Shown: piece after piece, positions 61,577-64,000 of the stretch
Layout of the letters: each line of letters starts with the position of its first letter
Numbering within the stretch: the first letter of the stretch is position 1
Assembly: GCA_028285305.1 (NCBI GenBank)
Contig: JANQPV010000037.1
Coordinates: 94,838-158,837 of the forward strand
Source of the DNA: Alphaproteobacteria bacterium
Lineage (GTDB): Bacteria > Pseudomonadota > Alphaproteobacteria > SMXP01
Reading direction: 5' to 3'
Length of the DNA: 64,000 nt
Made by a program: the position numbers and the translations under genes
The notes under the pieces: model-generated
What the model was told of the DNA's origin: nothing
Database searches by the model: none
What the model saw: the letters and a program-made list of their open reading frames with translations, nothing else

Positions 61577-62082
61577 CGGAAGACGAAACAGTTCGCGTGT
61601 CAATCGAGATTGCCGCCGATCCGCGTACAACCTTCGACGTCTTCACCCAAGATGTGGACGCGTGGTGGGGCCGCGGTCCCCGCTTTCGTTTTGTTCCGCC
61701 TTACAGAGGCACGCTAGAGTTCGAGCCATTCAAAGGCGGACGATTTCTCCACCGGCATGACAGAGATCCCTCAAAGGATTTTGTAATTGGCACGATCAGT
61801 GCGTGGGCTCCCGGCGAGCGCCTCACCTTCGAATGGCGTCAACGCACTTTTCGGCCCGATCAGACAACACACGTCGAAATAGTGTTCGAGCCCTCGCCTT
61901 TGGGCACGCGCGTGACTCTCACCCACTCCGGATGGGATCAAATCGAACAAACCAATGTCGTTCGCCATGGATTGACCGGCCGCGCCTTTGTCATGAAGCA
62001 CGGCGAGAACTGGGCAGATCTATTGCGAACATACAAAGTATTTTCAGAAACCAAATACATGGCCAAAGGAGAACAGCAATGA
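61573..62082 (+). CDS. SRPBCC / AHSA1 (activator of Hsp90 ATPase-like) domain protein
   Basis: The GTG start overlaps the ArsR stop. This is the typical ArsR-SRPBCC pairing. 169 aa. Confidence 0.7.
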   Translation: MTEDETVRVSIEIAADPRTTFDVFTQDVDAWWGRGPRFRFVPPYRGTLEFEPFKGGRFLHRHDRDPSKDFVIGTISAWAPGERLTFEWRQRTFRPDQTTHVEIVFEPSPLGTRVTLTHSGWDQIEQTNVVRHGLTGRAFVMKHGENWADLLRTYKVFSETKYMAKGEQQ

Positions 62083-62549
62083 CCAACTCGTCAGCCGCCG
62101 CACCACCTCGCCGTCGGTCCGTCACACCCTATTTGTGCTTCAAAGATACGGCTAAAGCCATCGATCTCTACAAGGAGGTCTTTGGAGCAACGGAACCCGG
62201 CGCGCGAATTGAGATGCCGGACGGCAGCATTGGCCATGCGGAATTGCACGTTGGCGACGGTATCCTTATGATGTCTGATGAATGGCCCGAGGGGAATGTC
62301 TTCAGTGCAGAAACTTTAGGTGGCTGTCCGATCGCATTGTCGATCCAAGTCGACGATGTAGACGCGGTTGCCAAAAAAGCAACAGCAGCAGGGATGGAAG
62401 TCGTGCGGCCGGTGCGAGACGAGTTTTACGGCGAACGCGTTGGCGACTTCAGAGATCCCTTCGGCTACCGATGGAGCATCTCCACTCATATCGAAGATGT
62501 GTCCGAAGAAGAGTTGCAGCGACGGGCCAAGGAGCTGTATGGAAGCTAA
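62079..62549 (+). CDS. VOC family protein (glyoxalase/bleomycin-resistance fold, PhnB-like)
   Basis: The ATG at 62079 overlaps the upstream stop (ATGA). VTPYLCFKDTAKAIDLYKEVFGA...GHAELHVGDGILMMSDEWP is a PhnB-like signature. Confidence 0.8.
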   Translation: MTNSSAAAPPRRRSVTPYLCFKDTAKAIDLYKEVFGATEPGARIEMPDGSIGHAELHVGDGILMMSDEWPEGNVFSAETLGGCPIALSIQVDDVDAVAKKATAAGMEVVRPVRDEFYGERVGDFRDPFGYRWSISTHIEDVSEEELQRRAKELYGS

Positions 62550-62582
62550 GGAGCAAAGCATTCCGCAAGGGAGATTTCGCGA

Positions 62583-63659
62583 ATGGGCCGAATCGCACTT
62601 ATCGTTGGAGGGGTCGTGGCTGTCGCGGTTGCGCTCGCCTGGGTCTACAGAGAGCCGCTCGGCTTCATGGCCTTTTCAATGATGATTAAGCCGAGCGAGG
62701 CGTTTGATGCCGCCGCCGTTCCCTCTCCGCCTGATTATTCCGGCACGGACCACTGGGCCGCTCACCCGGAGAGTGACGACGGTGCCGACTTCGTGCCTCC
62801 GTCTCTCTCGGACAACCAAAATGCGGCAGATGTGGATGTCTTTTTCCTCCATCCGACGACCTATTTGAACAAGGCCAACTGGAACCAGCCTTTAGACGAT
62901 GAGCCGGCGAACAGGTTCGTCGACGATTTTGTCCTCAAAGCGCAAGCAAGCACTTTCAATGGCTGTTGCCGCGTTTATGCGCCCAGATATCGCCAGGCAA
63001 CGTTTTATTCGTTTTTGGCTCAGGACGATAGCGGCGACAAAGCGATGGAAATCGCCTACGAAGATATTGTAACCGCCTTCGACTACTTCATCCGTGAATT
63101 CAATCAGGGCCGCCCTTTTATCTTGGCAGGGCACAGTCAAGGCGCTGTCCATGCCGTAGCGCTCCTTGAGAAACGCATTCTCGGCGCACCGGAGGCAGAC
63201 CGACTGGTCGCAGCCTATCCCGTCGGCACGTACATCAGCGAAGAAGACAAAACAACCCGGCTTGGCTCACTGCCCGTCTGTCAAACCTCGGACCAGACCG
63301 GATGCTACGTCACATGGAACGCGATCGGACCAAAATTCAGGCCATTTATGGATACTACCGACGGCGTCTGCGTCAATCCTTTGAATTGGAGCACAGATGG
63401 AACTGCCGCAACATTCATGAAAAACAAGGGATCGGTTTCGATTTCGGAGGGGGGCCGTCTCGAACCCCGCATCGCCGATGCAACGTGTCAGGACGGAATG
63501 CTGATGGTGAGTGAAATTCAGTCGGATATGTTCGACAACCTTCCATTTAACATGGGTACGGACAATCATCACATTCTCGACTACAGCTTGTTCTATGTGA
63601 ACATCCGCGAAAACGCCATTGCGCGAACGGCCGCCTTTTTCGAGAAAGCAGAGCGTTAA
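62583..63659 (+). CDS. DUF3089 domain-containing protein (alpha/beta-hydrolase-like), membrane-anchored
   Basis: N-terminal TM helix, then the DUF3089 core with CRVYAPRYRQAT and GHSQGA nucleophile-elbow-like motifs. Confidence 0.7.
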   Translation: MGRIALIVGGVVAVAVALAWVYREPLGFMAFSMMIKPSEAFDAAAVPSPPDYSGTDHWAAHPESDDGADFVPPSLSDNQNAADVDVFFLHPTTYLNKANWNQPLDDEPANRFVDDFVLKAQASTFNGCCRVYAPRYRQATFYSFLAQDDSGDKAMEIAYEDIVTAFDYFIREFNQGRPFILAGHSQGAVHAVALLEKRILGAPEADRLVAAYPVGTYISEEDKTTRLGSLPVCQTSDQTGCYVTWNAIGPKFRPFMDTTDGVCVNPLNWSTDGTAATFMKNKGSVSISEGGRLEPRIADATCQDGMLMVSEIQSDMFDNLPFNMGTDNHHILDYSLFYVNIRENAIARTAAFFEKAER

Positions 63660-63662
63660 AGC

Positions 63663-64000
63663 GTGCCGACAAAAGAACACATCACTGAGATGGCCGCGTA
63701 CACGAGGTGGCAAAACGAATCCCTTTTTTGCCTGTGTGATGATCTAACGGCTGAAGAGCGATCGGCCGACCGAGGAATGTTCTTCACTTCGATCGAGCAC
63801 ACGCTCGACCATATCTTAATGGTGGACCAGGCTCTTTTGGAGTTCGCAACCAGCGGCGCCCCGCCCCAAGGGTTCGATCCCAATCGGCGCGTTGGAAGCT
63901 CATACGACGGCGTCAAGCGAGCTCGCTTCGAATTTGATGAAAGTCTGAAGCAAATGATCGCCGGCCGCTCTGCCTCTTGGTTCGACCAGCAGATCCGGTT
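63663..64000 (+). CDS. DinB family protein (DinB_2 four-helix-bundle metalloenzyme-like), 5' part; continues beyond window
   Basis: GTG start, then MAAYTRWQNESLFCLCDDLTAEERSADRGMFFTSIEHTLDHILMVDQ, which is typical of the DinB/YfiT family. The ORF is open to the window edge. Confidence 0.55.
   Translation, partial: MPTKEHITEMAAYTRWQNESLFCLCDDLTAEERSADRGMFFTSIEHTLDHILMVDQALLEFATSGAPPQGFDPNRRVGSSYDGVKRARFEFDESLKQMIAGRSASWFDQQIR

Overview
This 64 kb window looks like a high-GC alphaproteobacterial chromosomal segment. I found no rRNA, CRISPR array, integrase or transposase. The window reads as four blocks.

- **1–16.1 kb, terpene-type catabolic island.** It resembles an acyclic-terpene-utilisation (Atu-like) cluster: an AtuA/DUF1446 protein, the alpha and beta subunits of a biotin-dependent acyl-CoA carboxylase, two enoyl-CoA hydratases, two tandem acyl-CoA dehydrogenases, a cytochrome P450, an acyl-CoA synthetase, and a divergent TetR regulator.
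- **17.6–23.1 kb, photolyase island.** Two convergent, translationally coupled operons each pair a photolyase-family gene with an SDR. One carries a cryptochrome/photolyase, the other an FeS-cluster (6-4)-type photolyase. A 56-aa DUF2256 zinc-ribbon ORF sits just after the first photolyase and is missed by the ORF track; a GST heads the second operon.
- **24–31 kb, glyco-tailoring-like cluster.** It holds a GMC oxidoreductase, a polysaccharide deacetylase, a GT1 glycosyltransferase, an NAD-dependent epimerase-like reductase and a 544-aa GT4-like hypothetical protein, flanked by AT-rich DNA.
- **31–64 kb, housekeeping and stress genes.** These include modABC, pckA, a tRNA with a CAT anticodon, panD, rpoD, dnaG, carAB, greA, trxB, msrP, dps and an aspartate aminotransferase, interspersed with redox and stress genes.

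The most notable observations are:
- a perfect Irr-type iron-control-element palindrome upstream of dps;
- an RpoD with a roughly 183-aa histone-H1-like N-terminal tail;
- a DnaG with a degenerate zinc ribbon;
- a roughly 900 bp gene-free region at 23.1–24.0 kb.
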